Positions 6,953 to 15,974 of a DNA stretch of 58,581 bases are shown here, one piece after another. Position 1 is the stretch's first letter; each line of letters starts with the position of its first letter. The translations under genes were made by a program, and so were the position numbers. The notes under the pieces were generated by a model. The model was not told the origin of the DNA. It ran no database searches and saw only the letters and a list, made by a program, of their open reading frames with translations. Source of the DNA: a virus (taxonomy: Duplodnaviria; Caudoviricetes); the IMG/VR virus record IMGVR_UViG_3300004807_000026, positions 1 through 58,581 of that record; one strand, given 5' to 3'.

Positions 6953-9900
6953 TATTCGGTGTCTTCTTCGTCTTCGTCTTCGTATTCATCCTGAGGAGTT
7001 TCTTTCATCTCTTTGAATTTTTCAGAAGCCTCGGCATATGATAGCGGTTTTTTCCCTTCTGGGAAGAAAACATGGAAAATATCGTCAAAAGAAGATTTTT
7101 CTGCACCCACACTTCGTGTCCAACCTTGTTCTTCCCAGTTGTGTTTTTCAGCGAACCATAGAATTGCTTGGAGGTCATCAGGGTTCATACCGAGTTTCTT
7201 GGCTGCTCTGTCCATGACAATTTGTCCCAACGCAAAATCATCATTGTTCACTCCCGTCTCCGACCGCGGTTGAATTCGGAATGGTTTTCCGCTGCCTTCA
7301 TACAACAATTGACGAAGGAATCTTGCAGCCCACACGTCAATTGTGGCCTGCACGGTACGACCTGAAAGGTTCCCGGCGAAATTCGGGGTCTTAGGCGCCT
7401 TCCTGTTGTCTAGCCACGTTCCCCCAAGAACCTTGAGGACTGAGTTGGAATTAGCATTAAATTTCTTCCCATTGCTACGCAGGGGAACCATGTCTGTGGC
7501 TGCAGCGGTTACTTTATATCTCCAACTCTTGGATTGTTTCTCTACCGGAGTAGTAACCAAGTCGTTCAAAATCTTAGCCTGCTTCAACAAGGCTTCTTGC
7601 TTTTTACCCGTGTAATTTTCTGCTTCTGCTGAGAATCGGTCGGCTTTTTGTTTGATCGTGTCCAAGTACCCACGATCTCTGATCAAATCGTGAATAGTTC
7701 CGTTCTCTTCTGCAGCTTTGTATTCGAGGTATTGCTTACGATTTTTTTCATATCGTCCGCTCAACCAACCTTCCAACGCGTCCATTGCCTGCAGGAAGTT
7801 CTCATTTACTGGCGTGCGAGCACTTGTAGCACCAAGAAGTTGAGACAACATCTCTCGTCCTTCTGACCCCAACGCGTTCAACAGGTTTTCTCTCATCCTG
7901 CTGTACCATCCTTTGCCTGCAGCAATCTCCGGATTCTGCATGACAACATTGACTTTATTTACAATTGAATTTGCAGCCGCATCGACAGCACCAGAATCGA
8001 TTGCCCGATTGATGGCTTTTTGCCCGGTAGGAGTGACGTCATACGCAAACCCAGCGTAATCGGGTTTAGTCGTGTCTTCTGGGCCTGCTCCCGAATAGTT
8101 AAGAATGTTGGGAGCTGATAGAAGTTTGTAATCTTCAATCTTTATTTTCAATTTGCCTTTAGACATAGCAGGAACCATCACGGGTTTTCCTCGCTTATCA
8201 AACACGGGGACTTCTTCAGTTCCTCCACCTTTTAATTTCTTCGTCTTTGTAGCCTGTACTGCTTCGACATACACGGGGGTAGTCTTTGAATCACCCGGAT
8301 CGAAAACAAACGCACCTACTTTTTCGTCGTATGGCAAACGAGCACTCCCCTCGGATTTTTCCTTGCCTAGTTCATCCATCAATTCGAGGACTGGAGCATC
8401 TACTTTTTTGTCTCCTGTTAGAACGTACCGGAGCGGCATTAGGGCAGCCTTTTGATCCGCGAACCTTTCCCACGTTTCGTGGTAGCCCGCATCTCCCTGC
8501 TTATATGGCTCTCCTGTTTCATCAAGTGTCTTGCGACCATAATTAAAAAATGAATTTTGTCCCCGGGTCTCAGTCGTCAGTGCCCAACGTGCGTATGGGT
8601 CATCGATTGTCCGTAGGTGCGTGTTCCATGCCCCCTCTTCCCCTGCAGCACCGAAGGTGTTGGCAAAGAGACCGTGTGCGACGGCATCGTGAACTGCTCT
8701 CAAAACGTCGTTGTACGTCATCGGATTCCCATCAGCGTCTACGCGTCCAGAATCTTTGAGGAGGGGATGGAACGAGAAATCAAAAGGTTTGCCTGTCTTT
8801 GGGTCTTTTGGGCCGAAGGACTCGGGCTCAGTTTTTAGTACGTAAAGCCTATTGTTATTTCGTATGTCCTGAATTACAGGTGCCGATTCTCCCGGAGGAT
8901 AAATTTTATCCAAGTCTTCGCTAGTACGGACATGGAATTTCATGCCGGGATCCCCTTCCCGGTCTTCGGTCAGAGCATCGTATTGCTTAAGCAGTTCTTC
9001 ATTGAGCCTATCGTACGCTTTTTTTACAAGGGGGTTCTTGTAGTCGTTCGTGGGGAGCATTCGGTCATAGACATCCGCGATCTCAGTCTGCTTCTGGACT
9101 TGTTTCGGGGTAATGTCGGAAGGTTCAAAATACGACCTTGCTCCCTCCTTAACTGCGGCAATGGGTCTACCTAGCAGGCGCGTAATGCGACTGTAGATAG
9201 TATTCTTTACTCCTCCGATTGGCTTGTCGCCCGCTTGAACACGAATTTGTGGGTCGGTGTAAGCGAAGGATCCGGGCTTGAGCTTTTCCGGATCACGGTA
9301 TGATCGGATTGCGGCAACCCCGAGTTCAGAAGTTCCAACATTGATGCCAGCGTTCTTGAGGGCTTCTTTGAATTTGTTGATTTTGTCTCTGAATGCTTCT
9401 CGTTCATCGTCTGTGTTATAGATTTCAATTTCGTTTTTGCCAACACTTAATGCACCTATGTCGGCTTTCTTGCGTGCTTTCTCTAATTGTGAATCTGTTG
9501 CTTTGGTGTAAGGAATCGAGACTACTTCGGTGTGCTGGAACCCATCGTCGTCCGTTCCACCAAGCATATCTTCACGTCCTGCGCCCATCTTGGTTTCAAG
9601 TAATTCAATCTGCTTAGTCTGCGCCGCAATGTCGATCATCCGGGCACGTGCTTTCTGTAGTTCTTCATCGTTCTTTGGTCTAACGATTACCTCGGAGGAA
9701 ATTTCTTTGCCTCCCTCAAATACTCCGCGGACGTGGCGGATCTCAAAATCGAGATCTTTCATATCTGCGAATGCGTGAGTTACAATGCTGCGGTTTAGTT
9801 CCTGCAGCCCTTTCCAATCCTTGTTGTCAATTAGCGCTTTGATCTCAGGGACATAATCAGTACTGGCAGTGAAGTTGAATTTTGCGACAGGCATGTTCTC

Positions 9901-12900
9901 AGGCTTTATTGCAGCCTTGGCGCGTTCTATCGCGTCGTTCAGATTCTTTGCTGGCTCCTCGGAGGGTTCCTGAACTTCCCGGGGCATGAAGTTGATGTTG
10001 CTTTGGTTCTCTAGCCATTTCTCCACTTTAGAGACAGCATCAGCCATATCCTTTGGAGATGGGTTTTTTGGAACTTCTACCCAATAATCATTTTTCCCAA
10101 ATTCCAATTCCCTAAATGGTGATGGATCGTGATTTCGGATGGATATTTTATAGGTTTCAACATCATCTGGATCTCCTTCTTCGTCGCGTGACAGGATGTG
10201 ATCAACGCGATAATAAATGCTGTCATTTGCTGTGTCTCTTACTTCTTTTAACACCATATCGGAAGGAATATGTATCTCTTCCATTATTTCACTTCTTGCG
10301 TCTCGCTGAAGATTATGCTGATCACTTGATGGAGCAGATTCAACATAATGCCTTGCTTGACGCATGGCATCTTCTAAAGTTTCGTGGTCATAAAACATCC
10401 CATCTTCTCCCTTGGAGACATCAAATAAACCATCATCGTTTTTTGTTATAATTGATTCTCTTTCATTTTTAGGAGAAGATACAACCCAAAGTGCATTATT
10501 AATTACATCTCCATCAGCATCTTTTTCGGGAGGTTGATGATAAACAACAGAAGATCCTTTAGAAGATTGGCTTTTGATAAGATCATCATATTTTCTTACT
10601 AAATCATTCCTTGTTTTTTGTTCATTAGTATATTCCTCATCAGCAGGCATGAACCTGATGTCGTTGCTCTTTGGATTAAAGCGTTGTGATAGAGGGATCA
10701 GGTTGCCGTCTTTGTCGTAGGTTGCCGCAGGATAATAAAGTTTACCTTGTTTTGATTTTGCGGAAAGTGTGTCAAATTTATAAATGCCAGCAATCCACTT
10801 TTCTGGTATATTTCCTTCATATCGTATACCACTTCTTACTTCATAAGAGATGTTGAAATTTCCATCCCAATACATTTTTTTAATTTCCTCTATTGGAATT
10901 TCAATATGAACTATTACGTCTTTTTCGTTATTTGACCCCATTACTCCTTCTTGAGCTTTTGGAATTTCGTCAGGTTCAAGGAAAATATATATAGATTCGG
11001 GGCGTAAATTTGCATCACCTCCTGCATTTCCTGTTTGAAAAGCCTTAAGGCCATTTTCTTGAATTTTTATAGGGTCGTATGAAGTTAAGTGGTAAGCATC
11101 TAACGAACTAACTCCTTTTTGTTTAAGTTGCTTGGCATATTGTCCCAAAACTTTGGTTGCTTGTTTATCTCTAGGTCTAGCCCCATCAATTGTTTGCAAC
11201 AAATCTTCAATTTGATTTTCCGAGAGCTTTGGAGAAGGAGGTATTCCATACCCAGCCTTCTTCGCCGCCTCATCCACTAGCCTCTGCGCCTCCTTGGTAT
11301 CGCCTGACTCAATAGCCTTTGCGTGCGCGTCGTCCATCTCTTGAACTTCCCGGGGCATAAAGACGGTCGAAGGATTTTTCAAACGGTTTACTTCACGACG
11401 TATTGTTGAGATATTGGCTACCCTACTACCCCCCGAAGCGCCAGCGATATGCTTTGCAATTTCACCCAACGTGTGCCCGGGCAATCGTTCAGTCAATGCC
11501 ATCACGTCTGCGTTGTGCATGGTACGCAGTCCGTTCAAGATGTTCTCAGGAGAAAGTTTATTCGCGTTAATAAATTCTAGCGCCTTGTTCCGGTCATCCT
11601 TCGACAACTGCGGAAGTTCTTGTACCTCCCGAGGCATCAAATTTTCGTACACGCGTCCCGCGTTCATCTTGTAGTCACGTTCGGGTGTGTGTGCCATGTC
11701 TGCGATAGCGTCAAGTCGGAATGAGCGCCAAAGAGTATCGACGTCACCGGGCTTGCTACCGCGTTTTAGTGGATCTTTTGGAGTTGTCTCAAATGGACGA
11801 TTAGCAAGGTTCATCATGTCGTTGAACTTGCGTTGCTTCATCACTGCCAAGTCGGTCTTCTCAGTCGGGTGCTCAGGATCCAGACCCATCCAACCGGGTT
11901 TGTTCTCGTGCGTATTCTTCAAATACGTGTTGCGGAACTCGTCCATGAAATCTTCCGTAGATCCTCCCCAAGCAGCATACCACCCCGGCATCAGACGTTT
12001 GCGAGTCTTTACTTTTCGATAAAGGGCACCAAGTGAAATAGAACGGTTGTAAAAATTTCCCACTTTAGAAAGTCCCCATCCGATAGGCGCGATTCCATAG
12101 ATTTCGCTGCGGCGTCCCTTGTATTTCTTACCTTGTAAACGTGGGGCATAGTCAATGTCGTACGTGCTACCGTCATTACGTGCCATTGCATCATTGAACT
12201 CAAAAATCTTTTTCTTAATCGAGAGGGGCAGGATGTTTTCTGGAATGTCTTTGATTGCCTGTATTTGTTTCGGCGACATAATTCCCGAGAGAGATTCACC
12301 ATCCGCTGACACCGGAATTAGTCCGACACCTGAGTAACGATCATCGGTCTCTAATGCCTTACGTATTGCTTCAGCGCGGTCATCCGATAACTTGTTGATG
12401 GTCTTGTCGTCATTCCGAATCGGCGTTTTGCCGTCTGGTTCATAAATGAAATCACGCTTTACAGTGACTGTTCCTCCGAGTGGTACTCCCATGCCAGCGG
12501 ATTCGTGCAATTGACCATACCCATCAACCTTTTTGATTGTGTTGGTGGTCTCATCGTGTGTCCACGTTCCCTCCGCGGCATTTTCAGGTAAAGGCACCGG
12601 ACGCCCCACAAGACGACCGTTCTTGTCCCGGATCTCCGCCACAAACTGAGTCTTAAACTCGCCCCCGTTGAGCGAGTAACGACGCCGCATCACAGGATCC
12701 GTACGAAGTACCTTTTCTGGCAAATCGTGTCCCTTTGTTGCCTCGGTAGCGTCCGCAAAGCGTCCATTCTGCTTCGCCAGTGCTGCCAGTGCCGCACGGT
12801 TTGCTGCAACGATTTCAGGACTAAAGGTAGCTCCCAATAATTCGCTATGTATCGGTTTTGCCCCCATCCCTGTAAGGCTACGCAAGGATGCCGTTAGCAT

Positions 12901-15900
12901 GTTGGAGTCCCGGCGCTGAGTTAACCAATCATCGATAGCCGAGTTGTTTTTTTTGAGCTTTCCTAGTCCTTGTCTGAGGTTACCCGCGTTGAGTTCCGCG
13001 ATATATTCCTCCTTCATGTAGTCAACGACTTTCTGTCGATCTATCGTGTTGTTCTTCTCGTCCCAAAGACCGTTGTCCCGGGCAAACTGGATCTTCTGAT
13101 CCATGCTGTCGCCTTTTAGGTACTCATCGAAGTACGACTTTACAAGGTCGTCATCAGAAAATTGTCCCTTAGTCTCAGCGAGTATGTTTCCGGAAAGATC
13201 GCGTTCCTGATGGTCAAACATCAATTTCTCAGCTTGCTCGTTGAGTTTGCGGAACTCGGGGATGTTGGATAAACCGTGTCCGCCACCTTCGTGACGTAAA
13301 GCCTGTGTTGGGGACTCGCCGAATAGTGTCTGCCTGCGCCTGATGTTGTCGGCATTGACGATGAACTCTCCATTATCTTTATTAAAGCGACCGGGACGCC
13401 GGGCTTCCATCTTCATGTCGATGTCAGAACGTCCCAAGTTGTTATTTATGTTCTCTTGTTTTAGTTTTTCAAAAATTTGCTGAGTCGTAAGTACCTCCAT
13501 CTTAATTCTGCCCTGACCCGAACGTGATCCGTTCGCGAGTGCATGGATGTCGGCATAAGTAGACCTGAAGTTCCTCCCGTACTCGTTTCGGGTTTGTACA
13601 TTTGCGCGTAGTACGTCTTTTTGAATCGCTTGAGCAATTTTCAATGCTTGTTGCGCTGCCGTTATTTTCTCTTGATCCCCAGAATCCATCGCATCGGATA
13701 ATTTGGCCTGCATGGTCAAGGTGAACATCTTTGCCCGGTCAACTGCGTGGCTGAAGTCGGATATGTTTGCGATGTTTGCTTTGGTTGCGTCGCTGGCACT
13801 ATTAACTGCGTGATAGATTTCTATGTCACGTTTGGCTCGGTCATCTATTGACTCGCTCATAGGCGTCTCATGCAATCCCTTGAATGCTCCGCCCATCACG
13901 TGAAATCCAATACCGTTCTCAATGCCACTTAATACCGACTGATAATATCCCTTTGGGTCGTCCGAATTGAGTGTGGACGTGACGAGATTCAATAATCCCA
14001 AATCCACCCCAGCCTTTACAGCAGGCGCGATATTTTTGACCAAGTAATCGGCATTCTCTCCACGCTTTCCACCTAAGAAAAATTTAGTGGCAGCACTGGA
14101 TTCAGGACGCATGCCCGCGGTTTCCAATAACCCGCCTTCTCCCGCGGCGATTGCTTGTCTAGCTTCATCAATGCTACGCAGCATCCCGGGGACATGGGCG
14201 AGAGTTGCCGTCAGAGCAAGTCCGCCTAAAATTCCTTCTTTAGGAGCCTCTGGGTTGAGCATCTCCCCAACAACTCCGCCACCTGTAGCGAGTCCGGTAA
14301 GTTGTAGTGCCGACTTTGTAACGGGTTTCCATTTTTCAGGTACTGAATCCCACAAGGCTTTACCTTTTTCAGCTAAATTTTGTTGTGCCTGTTCGACCGT
14401 TTTTCCGGTGGTGCCAACAAAAGAAGGCTTTGCTGCTTGTTGAGTTTTCTTTTCCGCAGCCAACGCTAGACGCGCTTGCTTGGCAGTCAAATAAGCGTTC
14501 ACAGCTTCGTCGGACATCCCGATAAGTTCTGCTGCACCCGCGGCTTTCTTAGCCAGACCAATCGCACCCAAAGCGAATCCTGCTGGGCCTTGCGCTACCG
14601 GGCCGAGTGCCAAGGCACCAAAATCTTCCATTGCCTGATCGTGCTCCTTGTTCCACTTAACTGCTAATTCGTGGCTACTCGTGTCGGCATTCCTGTGGGC
14701 GATATTGTCAAGTGCAACATTCGCCTGCTCATCGGTCATGCCATGAATTGCTCCGTAGACAGACGCGCTAGGTAGTAAGCTGCGCTCACGCTGCACCATG
14801 ATGTCTTGACCGAACGGTGAGTACATCCACTGCGACCACGGGGAAATTTGCTGTTCTCCCTGACGGGCTCTCCAATCTTTTGCGCTATCTTCAGCCTCGG
14901 ATGTCATGCGCTGATGCCAGTGCTGACGTTCTAGTTGAGTGTCTCCGCTGACCATCCGGTTTATGTGATCAAGTGCAGCCAAGCTACCTGATTTAGGTTC
15001 CTTAGCCAAAAGTGCTATCTGTGTTACGAGTGACAGTATTGGATTTGCCCCTCGTCCCCCGGCTACAATGTCAGCGACCTCTTTGTTTTTTTGAAAATCA
15101 GATTGTCCGATAAATTTTTTGCCCATGCGCCACGCTTCAGTGCCTCCTTTTGCAATGGCTCCCAGCATGTTGCGCTCATCTGCCTGCGCCTGCTCAATCA
15201 TCTTTTTATCGTTATCTGACCGATAAATTGGATTGCCATTTGCGTCGTTGACTATTGTTGCGCGACCTGACATCAAAGCATTTATTTCATGCATCCCAAA
15301 ATTTGCCCCACCAATTATTGAATTAAATAAACCAGTGGCAGCAGCCCCCGTAAGATCTTCAGCGTCTTTAGCTGAGAACGGAGCCTCTTGCCTGTGCAAG
15401 AGATACTGCGTGTCTTGTTCTTTCGGTGACATCAATGGGTATGTCCATTGATACCCGCGGCTTATGAGTTGCTTCTTCTGAGTGTCGTCAAGACTGCTGA
15501 TTATTTTTTTAACTTTAGTGGGATCCGTATTATACGGGCCGACTTTATCCAACTCCTTGATGGCTTCGTTGACCATGTCGGATTTTGTGTCTGGCTTGCG
15601 AAGATCTTTTTCAAGGTCGGGGACTTGTAATGTTCCCGGCTGAGCAGCAGGCTGAGTAGTGGGAATGTTTTCTCCAACATAGGGAAGTCTGCCGAGGTTT
15701 TTAACATCCTGTAGAGAATACTTGGATAAACCCTGTGTTTCCGCGGAACTGGAAGCTATGTCGGCAGTAACTTCGGGTATTTTGCTGACGCTTTCAGTAG
15801 CCGACTTGGTTATCTCCTGCTTGGGAGTAATTGCGATGTCTTTACGGAGATCCTTATCGATATCGGGGACAGGCAGGTAGTTGTTTTGCGTCGCGGATAC

Positions 15901-15972
15901 GTCTTTCCTGAGATCTTTATCAACGTCAGGAACTGGCAACGCAGCGGACTGCGATTGGTCGTTATCGGCCAT
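6952..15972 (-). CDS. giant internal virion/ejection polyvalent protein (zincin MPTase-like, ART-like, HDxxxH and HhH-glycosylase-like/DUF7178-like domains)
   Basis: 3006 aa, no Cys; HEGGGH...EEYIAE; YHLT...IQENGL; RAVHDAVAHG...ETRGQNS; GWY...ATS...KTPNFAGNL...TIDVW...LQAILW; last of the ejection-protein run. Confidence 0.75.
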   Translation of the reverse strand: MADNDQSQSAALPVPDVDKDLRKDVSATQNNYLPVPDIDKDLRKDIAITPKQEITKSATESVSKIPEVTADIASSSAETQGLSKYSLQDVKNLGRLPYVGENIPTTQPAAQPGTLQVPDLEKDLRKPDTKSDMVNEAIKELDKVGPYNTDPTKVKKIISSLDDTQKKQLISRGYQWTYPLMSPKEQDTQYLLHRQEAPFSAKDAEDLTGAAATGLFNSIIGGANFGMHEINALMSGRATIVNDANGNPIYRSDNDKKMIEQAQADERNMLGAIAKGGTEAWRMGKKFIGQSDFQKNKEVADIVAGGRGANPILSLVTQIALLAKEPKSGSLAALDHINRMVSGDTQLERQHWHQRMTSEAEDSAKDWRARQGEQQISPWSQWMYSPFGQDIMVQRERSLLPSASVYGAIHGMTDEQANVALDNIAHRNADTSSHELAVKWNKEHDQAMEDFGALALGPVAQGPAGFALGAIGLAKKAAGAAELIGMSDEAVNAYLTAKQARLALAAEKKTQQAAKPSFVGTTGKTVEQAQQNLAEKGKALWDSVPEKWKPVTKSALQLTGLATGGGVVGEMLNPEAPKEGILGGLALTATLAHVPGMLRSIDEARQAIAAGEGGLLETAGMRPESSAATKFFLGGKRGENADYLVKNIAPAVKAGVDLGLLNLVTSTLNSDDPKGYYQSVLSGIENGIGFHVMGGAFKGLHETPMSESIDDRAKRDIEIYHAVNSASDATKANIANISDFSHAVDRAKMFTLTMQAKLSDAMDSGDQEKITAAQQALKIAQAIQKDVLRANVQTRNEYGRNFRSTYADIHALANGSRSGQGRIKMEVLTTQQIFEKLKQENINNNLGRSDIDMKMEARRPGRFNKDNGEFIVNADNIRRRQTLFGESPTQALRHEGGGHGLSNIPEFRKLNEQAEKLMFDHQERDLSGNILAETKGQFSDDDLVKSYFDEYLKGDSMDQKIQFARDNGLWDEKNNTIDRQKVVDYMKEEYIAELNAGNLRQGLGKLKKNNSAIDDWLTQRRDSNMLTASLRSLTGMGAKPIHSELLGATFSPEIVAANRAALAALAKQNGRFADATEATKGHDLPEKVLRTDPVMRRRYSLNGGEFKTQFVAEIRDKNGRLVGRPVPLPENAAEGTWTHDETTNTIKKVDGYGQLHESAGMGVPLGGTVTVKRDFIYEPDGKTPIRNDDKTINKLSDDRAEAIRKALETDDRYSGVGLIPVSADGESLSGIMSPKQIQAIKDIPENILPLSIKKKIFEFNDAMARNDGSTYDIDYAPRLQGKKYKGRRSEIYGIAPIGWGLSKVGNFYNRSISLGALYRKVKTRKRLMPGWYAAWGGSTEDFMDEFRNTYLKNTHENKPGWMGLDPEHPTEKTDLAVMKQRKFNDMMNLANRPFETTPKDPLKRGSKPGDVDTLWRSFRLDAIADMAHTPERDYKMNAGRVYENLMPREVQELPQLSKDDRNKALEFINANKLSPENILNGLRTMHNADVMALTERLPGHTLGEIAKHIAGASGGSRVANISTIRREVNRLKNPSTVFMPREVQEMDDAHAKAIESGDTKEAQRLVDEAAKKAGYGIPPSPKLSENQIEDLLQTIDGARPRDKQATKVLGQYAKQLKQKGVSSLDAYHLTSYDPIKIQENGLKAFQTGNAGGDANLRPESIYIFLEPDEIPKAQEGVMGSNNEKDVIVHIEIPIEEIKKMYWDGNFNISYEVRSGIRYEGNIPEKWIAGIYKFDTLSAKSKQGKLYYPAATYDKDGNLIPLSQRFNPKSNDIRFMPADEEYTNEQKTRNDLVRKYDDLIKSQSSKGSSVVYHQPPEKDADGDVINNALWVVSSPKNERESIITKNDDGLFDVSKGEDGMFYDHETLEDAMRQARHYVESAPSSDQHNLQRDARSEIMEEIHIPSDMVLKEVRDTANDSIYYRVDHILSRDEEGDPDDVETYKISIRNHDPSPFRELEFGKNDYWVEVPKNPSPKDMADAVSKVEKWLENQSNINFMPREVQEPSEEPAKNLNDAIERAKAAIKPENMPVAKFNFTASTDYVPEIKALIDNKDWKGLQELNRSIVTHAFADMKDLDFEIRHVRGVFEGGKEISSEVIVRPKNDEELQKARARMIDIAAQTKQIELLETKMGAGREDMLGGTDDDGFQHTEVVSIPYTKATDSQLEKARKKADIGALSVGKNEIEIYNTDDEREAFRDKINKFKEALKNAGINVGTSELGVAAIRSYRDPEKLKPGSFAYTDPQIRVQAGDKPIGGVKNTIYSRITRLLGRPIAAVKEGARSYFEPSDITPKQVQKQTEIADVYDRMLPTNDYKNPLVKKAYDRLNEELLKQYDALTEDREGDPGMKFHVRTSEDLDKIYPPGESAPVIQDIRNNNRLYVLKTEPESFGPKDPKTGKPFDFSFHPLLKDSGRVDADGNPMTYNDVLRAVHDAVAHGLFANTFGAAGEEGAWNTHLRTIDDPYARWALTTETRGQNSFFNYGRKTLDETGEPYKQGDAGYHETWERFADQKAALMPLRYVLTGDKKVDAPVLELMDELGKEKSEGSARLPYDEKVGAFVFDPGDSKTTPVYVEAVQATKTKKLKGGGTEEVPVFDKRGKPVMVPAMSKGKLKIKIEDYKLLSAPNILNYSGAGPEDTTKPDYAGFAYDVTPTGQKAINRAIDSGAVDAAANSIVNKVNVVMQNPEIAAGKGWYSRMRENLLNALGSEGREMLSQLLGATSARTPVNENFLQAMDALEGWLSGRYEKNRKQYLEYKAAEENGTIHDLIRDRGYLDTIKQKADRFSAEAENYTGKKQEALLKQAKILNDLVTTPVEKQSKSWRYKVTAAATDMVPLRSNGKKFNANSNSVLKVLGGTWLDNRKAPKTPNFAGNLSGRTVQATIDVWAARFLRQLLYEGSGKPFRIQPRSETGVNNDDFALGQIVMDRAAKKLGMNPDDLQAILWFAEKHNWEEQGWTRSVGAEKSSFDDIFHVFFPEGKKPLSYAEASEKFKEMKETPQDEYEDEDEEDTE

Positions 15973-15974
15973 GA

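Noticed and set aside
10506-10522. DADGD in the giant protein as a two-barrel RNA polymerase catalytic motif
   Set aside because: It lies in a short AT-rich swapped module without the surrounding NADFDGD/DPBB context; no T7-type RNAP motifs were seen either.
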